IMG/VR virus record: IMGVR_UViG_3300045988_036188
DNA from: a virus
DNA length: 18,203 nt
Direction: 5' to 3' (one strand)
Shown here: piece by piece, positions 1 to 5,973 of the stretch
How the letters are laid out: the number at the start of each line of letters is the position of its first letter
How positions within the stretch are numbered: the stretch's first letter is position 1
Made by a program: the position numbers and the translations under genes
Notes under the pieces: generated by a model
The model's database searches: none
What the model saw: the letters and a program-made list of their open reading frames with translations, nothing else
Told to the model about the DNA's origin: nothing

Positions 1-71
1 CCTGTCCCCCCGTTTCCCATGTACCTCCCCAGCGCCGCAGTCTTGTACGGGCTAGGGAGTACATGAGGAAC
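1..71. repeat. Left inverted terminal repeat (71 bp), exact reverse complement of 18133..18203
   Basis: Direct comparison: 1-71 (cctgtccccccgtttcccatgtacctccccagcgccgcagtcttgtacgggctagggagtacatgaggaac) equals the reverse complement of the last 71 nt. The match breaks at position 72. It contains an internal inverted pair, CATGTAC (18-24) and GTACATG (60-66). Confidence 0.9.
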
Positions 72-107
72 AAGAACAACATCATTCATATGTATATCTC
101 CTTTCTT
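1..107 (-). other. SD (AAAGGAG) plus ATG (plus 89..87) opening a 29-codon frame that runs off the left genome end without a stop codon; could be a terminal non-stop ORF or a short leftward RNA
   Basis: The minus strand reads aaagaaaggagatatacatATGaatgatgttgttcttgttcctcatgtactccctagcccgtacaag... to the end of the sequence. There is no in-frame stop. Confidence 0.3.
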
Positions 108-116
108 TGTGACTAC

Positions 117-145
117 ATTATAGCATAGGTGGTGAGCATATGCAA
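117..145 (-). promoter_or_regulatory. Leftward sigma70-like promoter (minus strand TTGCAT-17-TATAAT) next to the left terminus
   Basis: The minus strand reads cTTGCATatgctcaccacctatgcTATAATgtagtcac. The -35 lies at plus 140..145, the spacer is 17 nt, and the -10 lies at plus 117..122. Confidence 0.5.
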
Positions 146-157
146 GCACATATTATG

Positions 158-409
158 TTATTGCTTACGTACACGCTTAGGCTTCACACTATGCGCATAA
201 TACTTGCGGCGTACATAGTACATGAAGCACACGACGAACGCAAGCAGTAGAACGGGGTTACTTGTGACGCAATCAAAGACATACATAGCGCACTCTATAA
301 GCGTATCAATCAGCGCAAAAAGCAGCCGCAGAAGTTCGCTAAAGAAGCCGCCTATATTGTCCGTTAGGTTGTTAGCCGCTGTGTATACCTGTTCGCTGGT
401 GCTGTACAT
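158..409 (-). CDS. Small membrane protein (83 aa) with two hydrophobic segments and a basic C-terminal tail; function unknown
   Basis: Internal ATG of track ORF 158..544, preceded on the minus strand by aaaggagtaacaATG. The sequence ...SNPVLLLAFVVCFMYYV is followed by RRKYYAHSVKPKRVRKQ. The promoter lies just upstream on the minus strand. Confidence 0.55.
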   Translation of the reverse strand: MYSTSEQVYTAANNLTDNIGGFFSELLRLLFALIDTLIECAMYVFDCVTSNPVLLLAFVVCFMYYVRRKYYAHSVKPKRVRKQ

Positions 410-437
410 TGTTACTCCTTTCGGTTGGTGTACTATT

Positions 438-466
438 ATAATATAGCAATCGTGTACAGTTGTCAA
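438..466 (-). promoter_or_regulatory. Leftward promoter for the 158..409 gene (minus strand TTGACA-17-TATTAT)
   Basis: The minus strand reads tacTTGACAactgtacacgattgctaTATTATaatag. A second TTGACAA copy lies 14 nt further upstream (plus 475..480). This forms a TTGTCAAGT direct repeat on the plus strand. Confidence 0.5.
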
Positions 467-528
467 GTACATATTGTCAAGTGGTAAATGCGGCTTTATG
501 TAGGAAATATGGAGTACATAAACAGCTA

Positions 529-557
529 TTGCAAAGTGGTACATAGTGGCGTATATT
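529..557 (+). promoter_or_regulatory. Rightward early promoter (TTGCAA-17-TATATT)
   Basis: Reads TTGCAAagtggtacatagtggcgTATATT, about 50 nt upstream of the 607 ATG. It is divergent from the leftward promoter. Confidence 0.45.
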
Positions 558-606
558 GTAATTGCGCCGAAGGGAAGGCGCTAGAATACAACAGAAAGGG
601 ACGAAA

Positions 607-924
607 ATGAAACTCCGCAACATGAGCGCCACCGTTGACCATGTGGCATCTATCACGCTAAGGCTTGAGAATGGCGAGAACTTGCAACTTGAGAATGCAT
701 ATGTTCTCACCTCGTATGCGTCGCGTGTGGCTGTGTTCTGCAAGATGCGTTGCTATCTGCTTCCGCGCTATGACTGCAGCGTAACCACGTGGAAGCATGT
801 ACATGCGTTCATCAATGATTTTTGCGACTTCGTGCCCGATATGAGCGCTGCCGATATTCGCGCGACGGCGAAAGGTGCGGACGATGATAGCCCGTATTGG
901 TTTGCTGCGGGCATTGTTGAGTAG
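607..924 (+). CDS. Hypothetical early protein (105 aa)
   Basis: ATG preceded by cagaaagggacgaaaATG (SD AAAGGGA). This is an internal start of track ORF 562..924. No recognisable motif. Confidence 0.55.
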   Translation: MKLRNMSATVDHVASITLRLENGENLQLENAYVLTSYASRVAVFCKMRCYLLPRYDCSVTTWKHVHAFINDFCDFVPDMSAADIRATAKGADDDSPYWFAAGIVE

Positions 925-989
925 GCAACGATGGACGTGATTCTCGCTATCATTGTAAGTGTCAGTTAAACAAGTCAAAGGAGCCTACC

Positions 990-1148
990 ATGTTCTACGT
1001 AATCAAATATTACCAACTCAACAAAGAAACCGGGGTTTACGAGCTTAAACATATGCACTGTGATACGATCAAAGCAGCATGCGAATATCTTCAATTCATG
1101 GAAAAACATCCGTCTTACGTTTTCGTTTCCATGAAGAAAGTAGGGTGA
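990..1148 (+). CDS. Hypothetical small early protein (52 aa, MFYVIKYYQLNKETGVYELKHMHCDTIKAACEYLQFMEKHPSYVFVSMKKVG)
   Basis: Absent from the ORF track, presumably because it falls below the length cutoff. Strong SD caaaggagcctaccATG. Clean frame ending in TGA at 1146..1148. Confidence 0.55.
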   Translation: MFYVIKYYQLNKETGVYELKHMHCDTIKAACEYLQFMEKHPSYVFVSMKKVG

Positions 1149-1150
1149 CT

Positions 1151-1225
1151 ATGAACCCGGAAACCATATTCGCCATCATAGCATATGCAATCGGAATGGT
1201 TTACATTTGCAGGAGGTATCGATGA
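1151..1225 (+). CDS. Possible 24-aa hydrophobic micropeptide (MNPETIFAIIAYAIGMVYICRRYR)
   Basis: The ATG lies 2 nt after the upstream stop. Its own stop TGA overlaps the next ATG (ATGA at 1222-1225), suggesting translational coupling. The SD is weak. Confidence 0.25.
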   Translation: MNPETIFAIIAYAIGMVYICRRYR

Positions 1226-1410
1226 AACAAGAAAAGCAAGATTATTTAAATGGATACGAGCTTTCAAAGCTTCATGGTTTCATCAAAGCGAACGGTGATA
1301 TGCACGAGCATGGAAGCGTTCCTAAACATTTGAGCTATTGGGCTGAAAAAGGCTATATAGCTGGCATAGATGAAAGGGAGTTTAAAAGGGATTTAATTCT
1401 ATATTTTTAA
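1222..1410 (+). CDS. Hypothetical small early protein (62 aa)
   Basis: Reads gcAGGAGGtatcgATG, a strong SD with 5-nt spacing. The track ORF 1207..1410 begins at an upstream TTG. Confidence 0.6.
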   Translation: MKQEKQDYLNGYELSKLHGFIKANGDMHEHGSVPKHLSYWAEKGYIAGIDEREFKRDLILYF

Positions 1411-1450
1411 ATTTAGGCAACATGCCCATCTGTTAGAAAGGAGTAGTACA

Positions 1451-1774
1451 ATGGCGACTAAATTGGAAAAGAACGTTCGTAAGATTATCGACCATCATGG
1501 CGGCACGGTTGTGCAGCGCGGCGTAACGGGCGGCAATTGGAGCAACTGTGACGGTCTAGTAGAGGGGCGTTTGATTTGCGACAAGTATGAGCGTAACAAT
1601 TTGGCTATGTGGATTAAACACCATCATGATGCCGAATTGGTTGAGAGTACGTTCGGGTCATTTTACCAGTTGAAAGGTTATTGCATCGCCACCGGGGCGG
1701 GGTACGGGGGATGCGCGTACCGCCGTGCGAAGCAGGTATGGTATGCGGTCATCAAGATTGATGATGCGGACTAG
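1451..1774 (+). CDS. Hypothetical early protein (107 aa), His/Cys-rich
   Basis: SD reads gaaaggagtagtacaATG. Contains ...GGNWSNCDG... and HHH. No confident family assignment. Confidence 0.6.
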   Translation: MATKLEKNVRKIIDHHGGTVVQRGVTGGNWSNCDGLVEGRLICDKYERNNLAMWIKHHHDAELVESTFGSFYQLKGYCIATGAGYGGCAYRRAKQVWYAVIKIDDAD

Positions 1775-1800
1775 CTCCCCAATTATGTAGGTTTTGTGGA

Positions 1801-1854
1801 GCGGCTTGCAAGTGGGTTTTAATACTTGACAAGCCGCACTGCAAGGCGTAATAT
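1801..1854 (+). promoter_or_regulatory. Consensus promoter (TTGACA 1826..1831, 17-nt spacer, TAATAT 1849..1854) embedded in an imperfect 13-bp palindrome (gcggcttgcaagt / acttgacaagccgc)
   Basis: Reads aCTTGACAAGccgcactgcaaggcgTAATAT. The palindrome arms overlap the -35. It could be an operator and/or the terminator hairpin of the upstream gene. Confidence 0.55.
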
Positions 1855-1894
1855 ATGAGTTGCCATTAAGGTACACAACGGAAAGGATTTTATC

Positions 1895-2155
1895 ATGGCA
1901 CGCAACACGATTCAGAAGAAGTTCACCAACACGGAGGTGCGCGGGTACGTTATCAAGGACGGTCAGCCCGTGCAGGTTGCCTATCAGCTTGACAAGAAGT
2001 GCGGACTGAACACCGCGCAGGCGCTCATTCGCAAGCAGGAGCCTAGTTTTGCAGCCGTTGACGTTGTGGAGCATGAGCAGCTGTACAAGATGACGTTTGA
2101 GGACTTCAAGAAGTACGGCACCCCTTGCGACGCGACCGAAGCGGACGAGGACTAA
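1895..2155 (+). CDS. Small early protein (86 aa), Lys-rich N-terminal region and acidic C-terminal tail (DATEADED); candidate histone-like dsDNA-binding protein analogous to phi29 p6, or a DNA mimic
   Basis: SD reads cggaaaggattttatcATG. It sits two genes upstream of the terminal protein, as p6 does in phi29. The assignment rests on charge distribution and synteny only. Confidence 0.6.
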   Translation: MARNTIQKKFTNTEVRGYVIKDGQPVQVAYQLDKKCGLNTAQALIRKQEPSFAAVDVVEHEQLYKMTFEDFKKYGTPCDATEADED

Positions 2156-2166
2156 CACGGTAGAGC

Positions 2167-2186
2167 GGGCGGCGAAAACGCCGCCC
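2167..2186 (+). terminator. GC hairpin (gggcggcg-aaaa-cgccgccc) immediately after the 1895..2155 stop; no U-tract
   Basis: Perfect 8-bp stem with a 4-nt loop. Could act as an attenuator or mRNA stabiliser rather than a full terminator. Confidence 0.35.
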
Positions 2187-2207
2187 ATGAACGAAAGGAA
2201 AAAAGAC

Positions 2208-2624
2208 ATGGAGAACACCGAACTTACGACCATCACGAACGACGCGCCCGACATGGTTAAGGGCATGTACTGCTCGATCCATGCGGAGACGCAAGAGGAC
2301 AGGCTGGACATTTACGAGGCTGTTTCTAACTCCCTCTCCCTCGATGACATGGTGGGGAAGGTCGTGGAGGTTGAGAACGTCATTATTCAGCCCGTGGAAA
2401 TGACCGACAGTGCGACGGGCGAGATTACGCAGCGCAATCGCATCGTGCTTATCACCCCGAAGGGCGATGCCTACGGATGCACCAGCACGGGCGTTGAAAC
2501 CTCGATGAAGAACCTTTTCAGCATCGTAGGTTGCCCGCCGTGGAATCCCGCGATCAAGTTCGAAGTTGTGAAGAAGCAGGGGCGCAACGGGTACAAGTTC
2601 ACCAGCTTGCAGCGCCACAAGTAA
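2208..2624 (+). CDS. Putative ssDNA-binding protein (138 aa, OB-fold-like)
   Basis: SD reads cgaaaggaaaaaagacATG. It sits immediately upstream of the terminal protein, the position of SSB p5 in phi29. The beta-rich core (VGKVVEVENVIIQPVEM...RIVLITPKGDAYGC) suggests an OB fold, but this is weak. Confidence 0.45.
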   Translation: MENTELTTITNDAPDMVKGMYCSIHAETQEDRLDIYEAVSNSLSLDDMVGKVVEVENVIIQPVEMTDSATGEITQRNRIVLITPKGDAYGCTSTGVETSMKNLFSIVGCPPWNPAIKFEVVKKQGRNGYKFTSLQRHK

Positions 2625-2650
2625 GCACCCCGAAGCAGAGCGGAACGCGA

Positions 2651-2679
2651 GGGCGGGCGAAATGCCCGCCCTTTCTGTT
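2651..2679 (+). terminator. Rho-independent terminator-like hairpin (gggcgggc-gaaat-gcccgccc + tttctgtt)
   Basis: Perfect 8-bp GC stem followed by a T-rich tract, immediately before the SD of the terminal protein gene. Likely a partial terminator or processing site. Confidence 0.5.
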
Positions 2680-2693
2680 AAGGAGGTGATCCG

Positions 2694-3509
2694 ATGACCA
2701 AGGCTAACGAGAACGCCCGCGCCCGTGTTGCGGATGCAGAACGGAGGGCGCGGCGCAAGATCAAGAGATTGCAGAACAAGGGCGTAAGGACGGGCAGCGT
2801 AGAGCCGTTCAGGACGGTTGACCCGTCGAACACGAGGGCGCTAAACTCATACGCCAACCAGTTGGAAAAGTTCATATCACGTTCGACCCGTTTCGTTGCG
2901 GGGCGCGACGGCACCCCGATACCGTACACGGCTTATAGGGATTACAAACGGCTTGAAAGGCAATGGAACAGGGAACATAATAGATACTGGCAGAAGTTTG
3001 CCGCGCATCCGTTCCTGACTGCCTACGGCGAGAGCGATACCACATTGGGGATGCGTTCGGCTATGGCTCATGTTAAGGGCTTGCCGTTCGGAAACATAGA
3101 CTATCAGCGCCAACTACTCCCCGAGCAGATACGCAGCGAAGCGGATTTGCGGAAGCGAGCGCAGATTTTGAAGCGCGAACTATCCCCGACGTACCAGCGC
3201 AAGCGGATAACGCAGCTTCGCAAGAACCTTTTGGAACACGCCGCGACGTTCAACGACCCGCGAATACCCAACATGATTAGGAAGTTGAGCAACGAACAAC
3301 TGTTTGCGTTGCAGAACTTCACAAACTTCGTCCCCCTTTATTACAGGTACATAAACACCGACCGCGATAACGTGATGGGCGCACAGGCTGACGCTATGGA
3401 CGATGAAGCGCAGAAAGAGCATATGATACTGACCATTCAACAGGTTCAGAACCAGTACCCCAAGAAGCAGACCGGAAAACGCAAGCGTAAAAGCAAAAAA
3501 CGTAGGTAG
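2694..3509 (+). CDS. Terminal protein candidate (271 aa), highly basic with a C-terminal KRKRKSKKRR tail
   Basis: Perfect SD taAGGAGGTGAtccgATG. It lies directly upstream of, and is translationally coupled to, the protein-primed-type polymerase (stop 3507-3509, pol ATG 3512). Size and basic character match phage terminal proteins. The priming residue cannot be assigned from sequence. Confidence 0.6.
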   Translation: MTKANENARARVADAERRARRKIKRLQNKGVRTGSVEPFRTVDPSNTRALNSYANQLEKFISRSTRFVAGRDGTPIPYTAYRDYKRLERQWNREHNRYWQKFAAHPFLTAYGESDTTLGMRSAMAHVKGLPFGNIDYQRQLLPEQIRSEADLRKRAQILKRELSPTYQRKRITQLRKNLLEHAATFNDPRIPNMIRKLSNEQLFALQNFTNFVPLYYRYINTDRDNVMGAQADAMDDEAQKEHMILTIQQVQNQYPKKQTGKRKRKSKKRR

Positions 3510-3511
3510 CT

Positions 3512-5224
3512 ATGGAGTACGCCGCAGACTTCGAGACAACCACAGATATAAATGATTGTCGCGTTTGGGCGTGGTGCGTGTGCGAGATTGACAACCCCGA
3601 CGCACTAAGCTATGGCACGGACATTGCCACGTTTCTTGATTTCTGCAAGGTTCACGGCGGTACATATTATTTCCACAATGCTGCATTCGATTGTGAGTTC
3701 ATTATATGGTACCTGCTGACCAACGGATTTGAGTACAGCGAAAAGGCGAGGACAAAGACTTTCAAAACGCTCATATCAAACATGGGCAAGTTCTATCAGA
3801 TGAAGGTTTGCTTTGAGAAGAAGGGCAAGAATAAAGCGCTAACCTGCACATTCAAAGACAGCTTGAAGAAACTCCCCATGAAGGTATCGCAGATTGCAAA
3901 GGCTTTCGACCTCCCCATATCCAAGTTGGAGATTGACTATACGGAGTACCGCCCCGTAGGTCACGAGTTGACAGCGCAGGAACGAGACTACATCAGGAAC
4001 GACGTTCAGATCGTCGCTAGGGCGCTGCATCAGCAGTTCGGCAAGGGGCTTGACAGGCTCACCATCGGAAGCGACGCGCTCAACGGGTACAAGGACATAA
4101 TAGGCTCGAAGTGGGATGACTGGTTCCCTAAGATTCATCTGGAAATGGACGCGATGATACGCAAGGCGTATCGCGGCGGCTACACATACGCGAACCCTAG
4201 GTTTCAGGCTGACGAGGAACACGAGTACAGGCTGCAGGGCTACGGGGCTGCGTTTGACGTTAACTCGTTGTACCCCGACGTTATGTACAACAGACCGTTG
4301 CCAATCGGGCAGCCGATATATTTCCACGGAGAGTACAAGTACAACCCCCAATATCCCCTGTACATTCAATTCCTAACCTGCCATTGCAAGTTGAAGCCCG
4401 ACCACCTCCCCACGTTGCAGATTAAGAACAACCCGTTCTACTCCGAAACGGAGTACATCCATGACACGGAGGGAACAGTTGAGTTGGCTTTGACCAACAT
4501 AGACTTGGAAATACTCATGCAGCAGTACGACGTGACGGTGTTTTCGTACAACGGCGGGTACATGTTCGAGCAAGCCACTGGACTGTTCAAAGATTACATA
4601 GACTATTGGATGCACATTAAAGAAACTACCACGGGCGGTTTGCGACAGCTTGCGAAGCTCATGTTGAATTCACTTTATGGCAAGTTCGCCACGAACCCCG
4701 ACGTTACGCCGAAACTGCCTTACTTGAAAGAGGACGGTTCAGTTGGGTACAGATTGGGAGAGAAAGAGACGCGCGACCCCGTGTACACGCCTATGGGTTG
4801 CTTCATTACCGCATGGGCTAGGTACAAGACCATCAATGCAGCGCAAAGCGTATACGATAGGTTCATGTATTGTGACACGGACAGCATACACATTTGCGGC
4901 ACAGACATTCCCGAGGGTTTGGAGGTGCATCCTACACGTTTGGGCGCGTGGAAGCATGAGAGCAATTTCAGCATGGCTAAATATATCAGGGCTAAGACGT
5001 ACATGGAGAGAATCTATCAGGTTGGCAAGATGGTTGATGGCGAATACAGGATGGTTGACGTTCAGCCGTTCGATGACGTTAAGTGCGCTGGTATGCCAGA
5101 GGAGTTGAAGCGCATGGTGACGTTCGACAGTTTCAAGAGGGGCTTGCAGCTTCACGGGAAGTTGAAGCCAAGGCACGTTAGGGGCGGTATAGTGCTCGAA
5201 CCCATAACGTTCACGCTCACCTGA
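3512..5224 (+). CDS. Family B DNA polymerase, protein-primed (phi29-like) type, 570 aa
   Basis: Exo I DFETTTD, Exo II YFHNAAFDCEF, Exo III YIRNDVQIV, motif A DVNSLYPDVMY, motif B KLMLNSLYGKF, motif C YCDTDS and KxY (KYIRAKTYME) are all present. Length of about 570 aa and the adjacent terminal protein gene fit the protein-primed type. Confidence 0.95.
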   Translation: MEYAADFETTTDINDCRVWAWCVCEIDNPDALSYGTDIATFLDFCKVHGGTYYFHNAAFDCEFIIWYLLTNGFEYSEKARTKTFKTLISNMGKFYQMKVCFEKKGKNKALTCTFKDSLKKLPMKVSQIAKAFDLPISKLEIDYTEYRPVGHELTAQERDYIRNDVQIVARALHQQFGKGLDRLTIGSDALNGYKDIIGSKWDDWFPKIHLEMDAMIRKAYRGGYTYANPRFQADEEHEYRLQGYGAAFDVNSLYPDVMYNRPLPIGQPIYFHGEYKYNPQYPLYIQFLTCHCKLKPDHLPTLQIKNNPFYSETEYIHDTEGTVELALTNIDLEILMQQYDVTVFSYNGGYMFEQATGLFKDYIDYWMHIKETTTGGLRQLAKLMLNSLYGKFATNPDVTPKLPYLKEDGSVGYRLGEKETRDPVYTPMGCFITAWARYKTINAAQSVYDRFMYCDTDSIHICGTDIPEGLEVHPTRLGAWKHESNFSMAKYIRAKTYMERIYQVGKMVDGEYRMVDVQPFDDVKCAGMPEELKRMVTFDSFKRGLQLHGKLKPRHVRGGIVLEPITFTLT

Positions 5225-5238
5225 TAGGAGGTACAGCA

Positions 5239-5406
5239 ATGATCGAGCGCAGTTTCAGGATTGACGAATCCATGTACGAGCAGCTGAAGGAGATTGGCGA
5301 GAGGGAGAACCTGCCCATATCGTATCTGGTGCGCGTCGCGATCTCGCAGTTTTTGAACGCCTACTCCGATTCGATCGATTTGGTGAAAATGAACGCGAGT
5401 GCTTGA
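5239..5406 (+). CDS. Ribbon-helix-helix (CopG/Arc/MetJ-like) transcriptional regulator, 55 aa
   Basis: Absent from the ORF track, presumably because it falls below the length cutoff. Perfect SD tAGGAGGtacagcaATG. The protein reads MIERSFRIDESMYEQLKEIGERENLPISYLVRVAISQFLNAYSDSIDLVKMNASA. The N-terminal beta-strand (RSFRIDESMY) followed by two helices is the typical RHH layout. Confidence 0.65.
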   Translation: MIERSFRIDESMYEQLKEIGERENLPISYLVRVAISQFLNAYSDSIDLVKMNASA

Positions 5407-5431
5407 CAGTGCTTGCGAAGTGGGTTATGTT
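5403..5431 (+). promoter_or_regulatory. Late promoter (TTGACA-17-TATGTT) overlapping the RHH stop codon, flanked by a GTGCTTG direct repeat
   Basis: Reads aGTGCTTGACAGTGCTTGcgaagtgggtTATGTT. The -35 is at 5403..5408 and the -10 at 5426..5431. The ATG of the first late gene is at 5620. Confidence 0.5.
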
Positions 5432-5619
5432 GGCTATGGTGATACCCAATCCGTCTGGACGATGACCGATGCGGGGTTGCTACGGGTGATGCCGCCCGCA
5501 CGAGTGCGAGCCGCATTAGCAGCGGCGGCGTTTCGGGAATGGCAATATCACCAGCACAGTCAGCCCTCGCCACGGTCACAACCGGATGGCGGGGGCTATT
5601 TTGTTGGAAGGAGAAGAAC

Positions 5620-5973
5620 ATGAACCTAGAGGATTTGCTCGCTTGTCTCCGTGAGAGGATGGAGGATGGCGAGTACGCGACCGCAGAGACGTTCCTCACG
5701 GACATGGCTAAGCGGGGAGCGGATGCCGACGAGTACCGAAGTTCTGCGGAAGCCCGCATGAGCGAGTATGCGTCGAACGAGGAAGCCATGAAGGCTGACA
5801 TTCAGAGTTTGAAGGCTCGCAACTATGACCTGCTGATGCAGATTCCCGCCGACAACAGCGGGGACAACGACGGTGACGGTGTTGTCGTTGAGGACGTGGA
5901 CGAGGACGGCACCGTGTACCACATCGACAACCTTTTCACCGATGACAAGGAGGACAGCAACAATGGCAACTAA
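5620..5973 (+). CDS. Putative scaffolding protein (117 aa), acidic with predicted coiled coil
   Basis: SD reads ttGGAAGGAGaagaacATG. Acidic composition (EDGE..., DNDGDGVVVEDVDEDG). It lies immediately upstream of and overlaps the major capsid gene, as scaffold gp7 does in phi29. Confidence 0.55.
   Translation: MNLEDLLACLRERMEDGEYATAETFLTDMAKRGADADEYRSSAEARMSEYASNEEAMKADIQSLKARNYDLLMQIPADNSGDNDGDGVVVEDVDEDGTVYHIDNLFTDDKEDSNNGN

Noticed and set aside
87-107. The string aggagatatacatatg (NdeI site included) is almost identical to the T7 gene 10 / pET vector translation leader. This raised the possibility of cloning-vector contamination.
   Set aside because: Only about 20 nt match. There is no flanking vector sequence such as a lac operator, T7 promoter or tag. 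It is embedded between a native-looking promoter and the ITR. I treat it as a coincidental strong SD, though it is discussed as a finding for its position.
562-924. Upstream extended starts proposed by the ORF track. Examples are 562 for the first early gene, 2097 for the SSB-like gene, 5539 for scaffold, 5873 for MCP, 15657 for endolysin, 14473 for ATPase, 17132 and 17500.
   Set aside because: The extensions lack ribosome-binding sites and overlap upstream genes or promoters. Internal ATGs with good SDs at 607, 2208, 5620, 5963, 15717, 14494, 17228 and 17563 are preferred.
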